DNA of 64,000 nucleotides. Source: Candidatus Collierbacteria bacterium (GTDB lineage: Bacteria > Patescibacteriota > Microgenomatia > UBA1400 > JACPES01). Position 1 is the stretch's first letter, and each line of letters starts with the position of its first letter. The stretch lies in the NCBI GenBank assembly GCA_016183365.1, contig JACPES010000003.1:105467-169466 (forward strand), written 5' to 3'. Below the pieces are notes generated by a model, which saw only the letters and a program-made list of their open reading frames with translations, made no database searches and was not told the DNA's origin. A program made the translations under genes and the position numbers. Positions 29,345 through 38,169 of this stretch are shown here, in pieces.

Positions 29345-30127
29345 TTAGCAATTTTTTGCCTTGCGCCAGCCGGCAGAGATGGCTTCTGATTCGGCGCAAA
29401 ACCAGCGTTCCCCGCGGGAGTCGTCTATCGCTGTTTTGTCGTATGAGCCACAGCCGGGAAGATGATAAATTTTTTCGCCGGAGGCAGAAATATTGCCTTT
29501 GATAAAACAATCGCCGGAAACTTCCGCATCCAGGCGGACAGGTGAAGAGGTCGGGTCCTGCGGAACAGGATCTCGCTCCGCGAGACAAGAACTCCATAAG
29601 CCCAGATTTTTTTCTCGGGCTTTGGCTTGGGCGACAACGAATAAATCCTGGAATTTCACATCCGGTGGGTAACTGTAAGAATGAGCAAAACCTTGTTTGA
29701 CTAATTCCAAGTTAACGAATACTGACGATTCTTGATCCGGATCGCCTAAATAAACATATCGCAATGATCGGCCGTATTTATCCTTGTCGGTTATATCTTT
29801 GGTTAGCCACACCGGTTTTCCTTCCACCAATTCTCTGTTTTTCTGCGCCGCCTCTTTGCCAAAACACTGGATCGGCTTTCTTGGATCCAAAGTCTCCGGC
29901 GTATCAATCCCGATATATCTAATTTTTTCTCCGTTTTCCAATTCTATGGTGTCGCCATCGATAACCCGTTTAACATTGATACCCTCTGATTTCGTTTCGA
30001 TAGTCAATTGCGGAGACTGCAAAATATTAGGTATAAGGGTTACCCGAGTTCGTTTTCCCAGCCAAAACCCGATCCCCAACAGAATAATTCCCAGCAGTAT
30101 TAAAATCGGCCAGCCTAGCTTAATCAT
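29345..30127 (-). CDS. Thermonuclease (SNase) with C-terminal Cys-containing domain
   Basis: VIDGDTI, RYIGIDTPE, DKYGR, GLW; IKGNIS..EKIYHLPGC..Y...ERWFC. Confidence 0.9.
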   Translation of the reverse strand: MIKLGWPILILLGIILLGIGFWLGKRTRVTLIPNILQSPQLTIETKSEGINVKRVIDGDTIELENGEKIRYIGIDTPETLDPRKPIQCFGKEAAQKNRELVEGKPVWLTKDITDKDKYGRSLRYVYLGDPDQESSVFVNLELVKQGFAHSYSYPPDVKFQDLFVVAQAKAREKNLGLWSSCLAERDPVPQDPTSSPVRLDAEVSGDCFIKGNISASGEKIYHLPGCGSYDKTAIDDSRGERWFCAESEAISAGWRKAKNC

Positions 30128-30334
30128 TCAATTTGGACTGATCGGCCCTGACACGCTTCTCCCGACAGGCTTGAATTTTTTATTTACTTCGCTAATAGTC
30201 TGTCTCTCATCGGGATTTAAATCTTTAGACCCCCTATTCTTTGCGCTGAACAATTTGGCCAAAAATTCCTCTTCTTCTTTTGAGACCCGATTCCCGCCGG
30301 TGTTCACGGACGGTAAATCTTTTTCGCCTTCCAT
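30128..30334 (-). CDS. Hypothetical protein
   Basis: Short ORF packed between two genes on the same strand; no motif recognised. Confidence 0.4.
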   Translation of the reverse strand: MEGEKDLPSVNTGGNRVSKEEEEFLAKLFSAKNRGSKDLNPDERQTISEVNKKFKPVGRSVSGPISPN

Positions 30335-30340
30335 TCTATC

Positions 30341-31390
30341 TCACCCCCCTGCTAACAAATTTGTTCTCAACAATGTCCATCTGATTTTATCTGCTAAATT
30401 ATAAATAGTATAAATAGGCTGATTGAGGACTAAGTCCCAAGTGCCGACAAATTCAACCAATTTTCCGCCATAACCTTCTTTGAAGCGATGAAATCCGTAC
30501 CACTGGTCTTTGATATCGGGCTCCGGCCCCAAACTTCCCCAGAAGTCGAACATTTTGCAGCCGGATTTTTTGGCCATCAGCAATGCCCGCCAAGCCACCA
30601 GGTTGCTCGCCATCAATTCCCGGTTTTCACTTGAACTGGCGCCGTAAGGATAGTACCCGATGCCATTGAAGAAAAACAAAATCCAGGCGGATAAAACTGG
30701 TTGTTGGTTATTAGTTGTTAGTTGTTGGGGCAGTCTGGCGACCAATAAATGAGCGATGCCAGCGGATTTCATAGTTTTCCACATCAATTGGCGGTATTTC
30801 CGGCCATGGGCGTAAAAGCGTTGGCGTGAAGTTGTTTCTTCCGTCAATTTCTGAAACGCTTCAAACGCTTCATCCGAATTATCCTCCTTAACGACAATCC
30901 CCTTCTTTTCTGCCAGCCGAATGTTGTAACGGGTTTTGGGCCTCATTGTCGCCATCAGCTCGTCTTCAGATTTAGTCAAGTCAAGTTGAAAAGAAAATGG
31001 AGTAAACAAAGACTTCCCAGATTTCAATCCTAAATCTGATAAGGCCTGGCCTTGAAACTCCAAGGTCAAGCCTTTATGGACTTGAATGTTCGGTTCGAAT
31101 TTTACGAATATGCAATTATATTTTTTTACTTCTGATTTAACCGCATCAATCCATTCTTTATCCAACATTATTCCTCTGGGACAATATCCAATCGTCCACT
31201 TCGTGCGGGGAATTTGGTGAATTGAGATTTGTATCCCCTCAATTAATTTGCCACCTGTAAATTTCCCTAAGCGGATAACCTTTTGCCCCAACTTCTCCCG
31301 AAATTCCCCCCAGCTCCAGGATTGGAGAGGGTGGGCTGCTGTTTTGTCAAATTCTTGACGGAAGTCTGTGTCAACTGTTTTGATTTCCAT
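30341..31390 (-). CDS. FemAB/FemX-family peptidoglycan peptidyltransferase
   Basis: HPLQSWSWGEF, YCPRG, KTRYNIRLAEKKG, YYPYGAS, GFHRFKEGYGG. Confidence 0.9.
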   Translation of the reverse strand: MEIKTVDTDFRQEFDKTAAHPLQSWSWGEFREKLGQKVIRLGKFTGGKLIEGIQISIHQIPRTKWTIGYCPRGIMLDKEWIDAVKSEVKKYNCIFVKFEPNIQVHKGLTLEFQGQALSDLGLKSGKSLFTPFSFQLDLTKSEDELMATMRPKTRYNIRLAEKKGIVVKEDNSDEAFEAFQKLTEETTSRQRFYAHGRKYRQLMWKTMKSAGIAHLLVARLPQQLTTNNQQPVLSAWILFFFNGIGYYPYGASSSENRELMASNLVAWRALLMAKKSGCKMFDFWGSLGPEPDIKDQWYGFHRFKEGYGGKLVEFVGTWDLVLNQPIYTIYNLADKIRWTLLRTNLLAGG

Positions 31391-31407
31391 AAATTTTTAT
31401 TTTTCCT

Positions 31408-31474
31408 GTCATTCCTACGAAAGCAGTAATCTATTTATATGATATATAGATTCCGGATCAAGTCCGGAATGACA
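31408..31474. repeat. TGTCATTCC...GGAATGACA REP-type palindromic dimer
   Basis: TGTCATTCCTACGAAAGCAGTAATCT...AGATTCCGGATCAAGTCCGGAATGACA; resembles CGTC/TGTC-tagged repeats. Confidence 0.75.
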
Positions 31475-31480
31475 ATGGAT

Positions 31481-33343
31481 TTACACTCTCTCTAAATTCT
31501 CCTCCCCGATTTCAGAAATAAACCGGCTCGGGATCGATATTCCCCTGGATCCAAAATACATCCGGTTTCTGGCGTTAGTCAAATATAAATTATCCATGGC
31601 CCGGGTAATCCCGACGTACATCAGCCGTCTTTCTTCTTCGACGTCCTCTGATTTTAATAAGCTGCGACTATGAGGCAGCAAGCCTTCTTCCAATCCTGAC
31701 AAAAATACCGTCGGGAACTCCAAACCTTTGGCGGCATGAAGCGTCATCAAAGTGACGGCGTCGGTTTCGCCGCTGCGGCGGCGCATTTGTTGATCCTCAA
31801 GTAAAGCCACCTGCTCTAAAAATCTTCCTAAGTCAGGATAATTTTCCGCCACAGACAACAATTCTTTGACGTTTTCTATCCGACCGACGTCTTCCGGGTC
31901 TTCCGGATCCAGTTTATCTAAGTATTTAGTGGCGGCGATGACTCCTTCCAAAATCTCCCGGGTGGTTTTGATGATCAAGTTATCTATGAATTTACGGAAT
32001 TCCTGATAACGTTTTTGGCCGATTTTTAGAGCTCTAGTTAAAGACAGTTTATCTGCCGGATTATAAATTAATCTTAAATACGCCAGACAATCTTTTATTT
32101 CCGCCCGTTCGTAAAATCTGATCCCTCCGACCAAAATATACGGAATACCTGCTCCCAACAGGGCTTCTTCAAAAATCCGGGATTGGGCGTTGGTCCGGTA
32201 CAGGACCGAAAAATCTTTAAACTTAAATTGACCATTTGCCTTGGCCTTTTCATAACCGATTGAGGTGACTACGAATTTGGCTTCTTCCAGTTCTGAAAGA
32301 GCGGTATAAAGCTTTGGTTTGAAAACTGATTTTTTGTCGGTCCAGAGTTTTAAAATCGGATGCTGTTTATTGCGGGAAATCAGGCTGTGGGCGGCGTCTA
32401 ATATCGGTTGATTGGAACGGTAATTTCTCTCCAGCCTGATTTCTTTTAGATTCGGATAATCTTTTTTTAAATTCATTAAATTCCGAAAATTAGCCCCGCG
32501 GAAAGTGTAAATGGACTGCGACATATCTCCGACCACGGTGATATTATTGTATCTACCTGATAATTGCTTGGCCAATTTGTACTGGACGGAATTGGTATCC
32601 TGATATTCATCTATTAATAAATATTTAATTTGCTCCTGATAGCGGGATAATAGCTCCTGATCGCGGTTGAATAATCTAACGGTTTCAAACAGCAAATCGT
32701 CAAAATCCAGTCCGCCGGATTGGGTCAACCGCTTTTGATATTCGCTGTAAATTTTGGCGATGGTTTCCTGCCACTCGCCGCTACTTACCCCCATATATTC
32801 AACCGGAGTCACCATCTCATTTTTAGCCTCGGAGATTATGGCCGAAACCGAATTGGGGCGGAATTTTTTGGAATTTAATTTAGAATCGGAAATGATTTCT
32901 TTAATCAATTGGCGCCGATCCTCCTCGTCGTAAATCAGCCATTCCGGTTTTAATCCGGCGCGGGAGGCATGTTTTCTTAAAATCCAGGCGCACCAGGAGT
33001 GGAAGGTGCCGGAAAATGGTAGGGATAAGTTGTTAGTTGTTAGTTGTCCCGCGAAGCGGGATCCTGCTTCGCCAAGTACAGTCCTGTACCTGGCTTCGCA
33101 GGATTGATTGTTGAGCAGAGTCTCAACTCTGCGTTTCATTTCGCCAGCGGCCTTGTTGGTAAAGGTCAGCAGCAATATTTTATCCGGATCTACCAGTTTT
33201 TCGGACATTAACCAGGCTACCCGGTAAGTTAAGCAGCGGGTTTTGCCGCTGCCGGCTCCGGCTAAGATTAATAGCGGTCCGTCGCCGTGAGTGACGGCTA
33301 ACCGCTGTTCTGGATTTAGCTCTGATAAAAACTCTCGCGTCAT
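31481..33343 (-). CDS. pcrA: ATP-dependent DNA helicase PcrA/UvrD with an in-frame repeat insertion
   Basis: AGAGSGKT, TFTNKAA, DEYQDTN, ERNYRS, TLHAAKGLEF, EERRLMYVGITRA. Confidence 0.95.
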   Translation of the reverse strand: MTREFLSELNPEQRLAVTHGDGPLLILAGAGSGKTRCLTYRVAWLMSEKLVDPDKILLLTFTNKAAGEMKRRVETLLNNQSCEARYRTVLGEAGSRFAGQLTTNNLSLPFSGTFHSWCAWILRKHASRAGLKPEWLIYDEEDRRQLIKEIISDSKLNSKKFRPNSVSAIISEAKNEMVTPVEYMGVSSGEWQETIAKIYSEYQKRLTQSGGLDFDDLLFETVRLFNRDQELLSRYQEQIKYLLIDEYQDTNSVQYKLAKQLSGRYNNITVVGDMSQSIYTFRGANFRNLMNLKKDYPNLKEIRLERNYRSNQPILDAAHSLISRNKQHPILKLWTDKKSVFKPKLYTALSELEEAKFVVTSIGYEKAKANGQFKFKDFSVLYRTNAQSRIFEEALLGAGIPYILVGGIRFYERAEIKDCLAYLRLIYNPADKLSLTRALKIGQKRYQEFRKFIDNLIIKTTREILEGVIAATKYLDKLDPEDPEDVGRIENVKELLSVAENYPDLGRFLEQVALLEDQQMRRRSGETDAVTLMTLHAAKGLEFPTVFLSGLEEGLLPHSRSLLKSEDVEEERRLMYVGITRAMDNLYLTNARNRMYFGSRGISIPSRFISEIGEENLERV

Positions 33344-33358
33344 TGGTATAATCGTACC

Positions 33359-34069
33359 ATGCCCTTTGATCTGATAGTTGCTAATTGGAAAGCCAATAAA
33401 AACGAGAAAGAGGTAATTAGTTGGATGGAGAGGTTTTCTTCCAAGAAGTTTGAATTAAAGAATTTGCAGGTGGCGATTTGCCCGCCGGCGGTTCATTTTT
33501 CGTTAGTTCAATCTTTGATTCAGCAACATAATCTTTCAATTAACGTAACGGTCGGTTTGCAGGACGTTTCTGCGTATCCCGGCGGAGCTTACACCGGGGA
33601 AATCACCGCCAGAATGGCCGCTAAATCAGCTTCTTACGCTATATTGGGACATTCGGAAAGAAGAAAATGGTTTAAGGAAACGGTTCAGCAAACCGCTCAA
33701 AAAGTAATTCAGGCTTTGGACAATAATATTATTCCGATTGTGTCGATGGACCGGGAAAACTTCCGTCAACAATTGGGGCAGTTTGACAATGACATATTGG
33801 CCAAAATTATGATTATGTATGAACCGCCGGAAGCCATTAGCGTTCAGGAGGGGCCGATCGGCAAGGGAAAATCAGCTGAAATTACAGATATTGAAGACAT
33901 GATTAAAGTTTTCAACCATTTGGCGCCAAAAACGAAGATTCTTTACGGCGGAAGCGTCAAAAGCGCCAATATTACCAATTTTTCATCTTTGCCGAGATTA
34001 TCCGGAGTCGTAGTCGGCAGCGCCAGTTTGAATCCTGATGAATTTATCAAAATTATCCGCCAGATTTAA
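33359..34069 (+). CDS. tpiA: Triosephosphate isomerase
   Basis: ANWK, GAYTGE, GHSERR, YEP, LYGGSV, VGSASL. Confidence 0.93.
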   Translation: MPFDLIVANWKANKNEKEVISWMERFSSKKFELKNLQVAICPPAVHFSLVQSLIQQHNLSINVTVGLQDVSAYPGGAYTGEITARMAAKSASYAILGHSERRKWFKETVQQTAQKVIQALDNNIIPIVSMDRENFRQQLGQFDNDILAKIMIMYEPPEAISVQEGPIGKGKSAEITDIEDMIKVFNHLAPKTKILYGGSVKSANITNFSSLPRLSGVVVGSASLNPDEFIKIIRQI

Positions 34070-35207
34070 CGTTATGAAGCGCCAATTGGTGCCCTATAGG
34101 CTGCCGGTTTTTTGGGCGTCGATTATTGTTTTAGTTGTGGCGGTAGGAATTATTTTAGTGAAAATTGTTTTACCGCTGGTTTCCGCGGCCGGAAATTACC
34201 TTTTTAAACCCTTGTCGACAATTTCGATTCTCAAAGATCCGGCCGGGGCCTTAAAATCAAATGACGGCCGGACAAATATTTTAATTTTGGGCCGGGGCGG
34301 AGCGTCGCACGAAGCCCCTGATTTGACGGATACGATGATTGTTTTATCTACCAGGTTAAAAGATAAGCAAATCAGCTCCATTTCAATTCCCCGCGACATT
34401 TGGATCAATTCTATGAAAGCCAAGATAAATTCGGCCTACTATTACGGCGAGAAAAAACAGCCGGGGGGCGGATTAATTTTGGCCCGGGACGCGGTATTTC
34501 AAGTTACCGATCTGCCGATTCATTACGCCATATTGGTTGATTTTGAAGGGTTTAAGAAAGCTATAGATTTGGTTGGCGGGGTGGAGGTGGAGGTAAAGAG
34601 GGGGTTTACGGATGAGAAATACCCTGTGGAACAAGGATTAGCCCCAAACCAATTTTCCTTCGCGCCGGAGGCTTCCAGCCTCGCGCTCGCGAAGAGCGAT
34701 GGTTCGGGGTTCGGACGTACAGGCGTCCCGCTTAACGGGACGGGTCCGTCCGAAGTTTATGAGACGGTGAAGTTTGAGGCTGGATGGCAACAGATGGACG
34801 GAGATACGGCCTTGAGATTTGCCAGGTCCAGATATAGTAATGACCCGGAAGAAGGCAGTGATTTTGCCAGGTCCCGGCGGCAGCAGCAGATTTTGGTGGC
34901 TTTGGCCTTAAAAATAAAGCAAAAAGAAACCGTCTTGAATGCCGATAGAATTAAACAACTGCGTCAGATTTTCGACGACTATACCGAAACCGATTTAGGA
35001 GATGACGAAATGTTGGCTTTGGGGAGAATCGGAATCGGAATAAATTTATCCCAGATCCAACAGATTTCTTTAGACGAAGGAACTAAAGAACAGCAGGGAT
35101 TGTTGATTAATCCGCCGACTTCTAAATATGGACAATGGGTGTTGGAGCCGCGAGCCATGGATTGGTCAGAAGTTCAAAAATATATCAATTCTCAACTTGA
35201 ACAATAA
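34038..35207 (+). CDS. LytR-CpsA-Psr (LCP) family protein with an in-frame repeat insertion
   Basis: LTDTMIV, SIPRD, KINSAY, DFEGF, ALRFARSR, SDFARSRRQQ. Confidence 0.9.
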   Translation: MNLSKLSARFNVMKRQLVPYRLPVFWASIIVLVVAVGIILVKIVLPLVSAAGNYLFKPLSTISILKDPAGALKSNDGRTNILILGRGGASHEAPDLTDTMIVLSTRLKDKQISSISIPRDIWINSMKAKINSAYYYGEKKQPGGGLILARDAVFQVTDLPIHYAILVDFEGFKKAIDLVGGVEVEVKRGFTDEKYPVEQGLAPNQFSFAPEASSLALAKSDGSGFGRTGVPLNGTGPSEVYETVKFEAGWQQMDGDTALRFARSRYSNDPEEGSDFARSRRQQQILVALALKIKQKETVLNADRIKQLRQIFDDYTETDLGDDEMLALGRIGIGINLSQIQQISLDEGTKEQQGLLINPPTSKYGQWVLEPRAMDWSEVQKYINSQLEQ

Positions 35208-35256
35208 TGATAAGCCTTCAGGATATTAAAGAATCATTGTTAACGAAGAATAAATT

Positions 35257-35679
35257 TTGGATTGTGTTTACCGGCGATTCGATAACCAGTTGCGAGTGGA
35301 TTCACCCAAAAAGGCTAATAACTGCGGATCGAAAGTAATTTGGTGCACTTCAACTCCGGCCGGAAAAAACTCTAAGAAAAATCCAGAATATGAGTCTTAT
35401 GCCAAAGTCTGCATGAGTATTCCGGAAAATGACAGTCTTCAATTGATTGACTTATTCAATATTTACCAGCAGTTTCCACTGAAAAGAATATTTACATTTA
35501 TATCTGAAGAAAATCAGGTTGAAGGCATTAAGGTCGGAGAGATAGACTTACAGCATCTAAATCAACTCGGCAATGCTTATATCGCCAAGGTAATTTTAGA
35601 AAAGGCTTTTTCCGTCGGATTTGATCCGGAGAAATATATAAAAGAAACTCTGTCCGGTGAAAAGTATCCGGGATATTGA
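35257..35679 (+). pseudogene. C-terminal part of an SGNH/GDSL-hydrolase-like protein
   Basis: VIWCTSTP, LIDLF, DLQHLNQLGNAYIA (DxxH); N-terminal blocks missing. Confidence 0.5.
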
Positions 35680-35775
35680 GATTATTGCATTGGATAGGTA
35701 CATAGCAGGAGAAACCAAAAAATAATCTTTCCAAAATAAATATTTTTCAGTCAGTGTTTGCGCCTTACAGAAAAC

Positions 35776-35801
35776 ACTTCAATTATTTAAATAATTAAAG
35801 T
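35776..35801. repeat. Family A palindrome (one mismatch)
   Basis: ACTTCAATTATTTAAATAATTAAAGT. Confidence 0.85.
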
Positions 35802-35820
35802 AGTATGCCTCACACGCAGA

Positions 35821-35854
35821 ATATATATCGATATTTTAAAATATCGATATATAT
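35821..35854. repeat. Perfect 34-bp palindrome with family B core
   Basis: ATATATATCGATATTTTAAAATATCGATATATAT. Confidence 0.9.
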
Positions 35855-36204
35855 CTATTGGCGTAATGTTCCAATATGACAACTAAAAATAGAATTCTGA
35901 TATTGGCTCTATCCTAATTTGACAACCATTAACCAGAAGATATAATAACCGTCACGATGCCAAACAAACAGCAATTTAGCCATTCTCCAGAAGAGATATC
36001 AATGGTGATCCCCAAGATGCTATTGCAGTTATGTTTGCTAATATCCCCGTAGCTAGAGTTAAATTCTCTAGGGGCGAAGTAAAAATCTAAAACTACTTCG
36101 CGTGAAACAATTCTATTGTTATATAGTATAGTATTTCTTTATCAGAAGAAGAACAGAATTAAACCTGTTGCGCTTGAGGTAGAGACAAGATAAGATGAGA
36201 TGTA

Positions 36205-37260
36205 ATGATTAAAATTGCAATTAACGGATTTGGTAGGATTGGAAGAACGGCGGTTAGGATTTTGGCGGAAAAATACGCCGATAAAATCGAGTTAGTGGCC
36301 ATAAATACTTCCGGTTCAATGGAAACGGAGGGTTGGGCGCATTTATTAAAATACGATACCGCTTACGGCCGGTTTAACCGTAGCGTGAAGTTTACGAAAC
36401 TTCACGCTACGGCCGAGGCAACGGATAACGATCCGGTTATCGGACAGTTGATGATCGAGGATTTGTCGGCGCCGATTTTATTGTTGGCCCAACGCGATCC
36501 GGCCAAATTGCCGTGGAAAGATTACGGAATTGATGTCGTGTTGGAATGTACCGGGATATTTGTAACTGCCGAAAAAGCCAAAGCTCATTTAAGTGCCGGC
36601 GCCAAAAGAGTGTTAATTTCCGCTCCACCCAAAGGCGGCGGAATCGGGACTTTTGTTTTGGGGGTCAATCAATACCAAAAAGGTGAAATTATTTCCAACG
36701 CCTCCTGTACTACCAATTGCGTGGCGCCGGTGGCGGCAATATTACACTCTAAATTCGGAGTCGAAAAAGCTTCGCTGTTAACGATTCATGCCTACACCGA
36801 CGACCAAAATTTGCAGGACAATTCCCATAAAGATTTGCGCCGGGCCCGGGCCGCGGCTCATAATCTGGTGCCGACGACTACCGGAGCGGCAATTTCCACC
36901 GCAGAAACAATTCCGGAATTAAAAGGCTTGTTTGACGGCCTGGCTATCCGAGCCCCGGTAATTTCCGGTTCGATTTGCGATATTACCGCGGTTTTAAAAA
37001 AAAACACCACGGTAGAAGAAGTTAATCTTGCTTTTATTGAAGCCAGCCAATCGCCGCGGTGGCAGGGAATTCTGGCAGTGACAGACGAACCCTTGGTCAG
37101 TTCCGATATCATCGGCCGGCCGGAATCGGCGATTGTGGACTTATCCTTAACCCAAGTTATCGGGGGGAATCTGGTCAAAGTTTTAGCTTGGTACGACAAT
37201 GAATACGGCTACTGCTACCGCCTGATCGAACAGACGATAGAGGTGGGTAAAAAGATTTAG
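36205..37260 (+). CDS. gap: Glyceraldehyde-3-phosphate dehydrogenase
   Basis: INGFGRIGR, NASCTTNC, DLRRARAAA, WYDNEYGY. Confidence 0.96.
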   Translation: MIKIAINGFGRIGRTAVRILAEKYADKIELVAINTSGSMETEGWAHLLKYDTAYGRFNRSVKFTKLHATAEATDNDPVIGQLMIEDLSAPILLLAQRDPAKLPWKDYGIDVVLECTGIFVTAEKAKAHLSAGAKRVLISAPPKGGGIGTFVLGVNQYQKGEIISNASCTTNCVAPVAAILHSKFGVEKASLLTIHAYTDDQNLQDNSHKDLRRARAAAHNLVPTTTGAAISTAETIPELKGLFDGLAIRAPVISGSICDITAVLKKNTTVEEVNLAFIEASQSPRWQGILAVTDEPLVSSDIIGRPESAIVDLSLTQVIGGNLVKVLAWYDNEYGYCYRLIEQTIEVGKKI

Positions 37261-37266
37261 TAGCAC

Positions 37267-37428
37267 GAGTTCCTCACACACTGGCTCGTTGGCGGAATTT
37301 GCTCGTTTGCTGTCACCCCTCGTTGCTACTCGGGGCAAGCCCACTCGCTGTCGCTCGGGGTGGCCTCGGGTGGCAGCTAGCTCACTTCGCAAATTTGCCA
37401 ACTTCGCTAGTGCTCAAACGCGGAACTC
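37267..37428. repeat. Long nested inverted-repeat (MITE-like) element downstream of gap
   Basis: GAGTTCC...GGAACTC ends; GTTGGC..AATTTGC / GCAAATTTGCCAAC inner arms. Confidence 0.6.
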
Positions 37429-37510
37429 ATAAGCAGTAGAACGCTGATTTGCGCCAGTTTATATATCTGGCAATATTTGGAAATATTTGGTAAAGACAGA
37501 CTTAGCATTT

Positions 37511-37686
37511 TTGAGGCGCGTGAGGGAATCGAACCCTTGTATAGCGGTTTTGTCCTGCAGAGCAGGATCTAGCTTCGCTAGACAGACAGTTCCCTTCTTT
37601 GAGGCCTGGAAGGGAATCGAACCCTTGTATAGCGGTTTTGTCCTGCAGAGCAGGATCTAGCTTCGCTAGACAGACAGTTCCCTTCT
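37511..37686 (-). repeat. Two 88-bp tandem units, each a tRNA-Cys 3' half with a 30-nt double hairpin in the anticodon
   Basis: Units 37511-37598 and 37599-37686 are near-identical and match the 3' part of the adjacent tRNA. Confidence 0.9.
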
Positions 37687-37689
37687 TTG

Positions 37690-37761
37690 AGGCCTGGAAG
37701 GGAATCGAACCCTTGTATAGCGGTTTTGCAGACCGCCGCGTTACCACTTCGCCACCAGGCC
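37690..37761 (-). tRNA. tRNA-Cys (GCA); CCA not fully encoded
   Basis: GGCCTGG acceptor, GCGGT-CTGCAAA-ACCGC anticodon arm, GGTTCGATTCC T arm, U discriminator. Confidence 0.95.
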
Positions 37762-38013
37762 CTATTTCAAACTTTCTTTAATTTGCTTCATCAAATTGTT
37801 CTTCACCGCATGCATTTTCAGTTGTACTTCTCTTTTCGTCGCATCGGGCTTTTCTTTATATGCCTCATAATATACCAATATCCAAGGTCGATAAGACTTT
37901 GTCGATTTAACTTTTCCAGAATTATGTCTGAAAAACCGATTTTTTAAATCATCGGTGCAACCAACATAAAGCCTATGATCAACAGCACTTTTTAACAGAT
38001 ACACGTAATGCAT
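37762..38013 (-). CDS. Stand-alone GIY-YIG nuclease (Slx1/YhbQ-like)
   Basis: YVYLL...YVGCT..L..R...HN.G...STK.YRPW.LVYYE...A..RE..LK. Confidence 0.92.
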   Translation of the reverse strand: MHYVYLLKSAVDHRLYVGCTDDLKNRFFRHNSGKVKSTKSYRPWILVYYEAYKEKPDATKREVQLKMHAVKNNLMKQIKESLK

Positions 38014-38044
38014 TTATTATTTTAAGGCTGACTTCTCATAAAGA

Positions 38045-38114
38045 AGTTTTGTCCTGCAGGGCAGGATCCCGCTCCGCGGGACAGACCGCCACATTACCCT
38101 GGCTTTGCCAGACC
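38045..38114 (-). pseudogene. Degenerate tRNA-Cys 5' half with a 30-nt double hairpin in the anticodon
   Basis: GGTCTGG...GGTAATGTGGCGGTCTG[insert]CAAAAC is colinear with the intact tRNA. Confidence 0.75.
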
Positions 38115-38169
38115 ATTTACCTTTAGACTATTCTACCAAAGCTGATATACTTAATTCCTAAAGCTTAAG

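Noticed and set aside
37551-37584. Genuine tRNA intron
   Set aside because: The insert-bearing copies are incomplete halves while the full tRNA lacks it, and the same insert occurs in protein genes.
37511-37730. Tandem repeats as a CRISPR array
   Set aside because: The units are 88-bp near-identical tRNA-derived duplications without unique spacers, and no cas1/cas2 is present.
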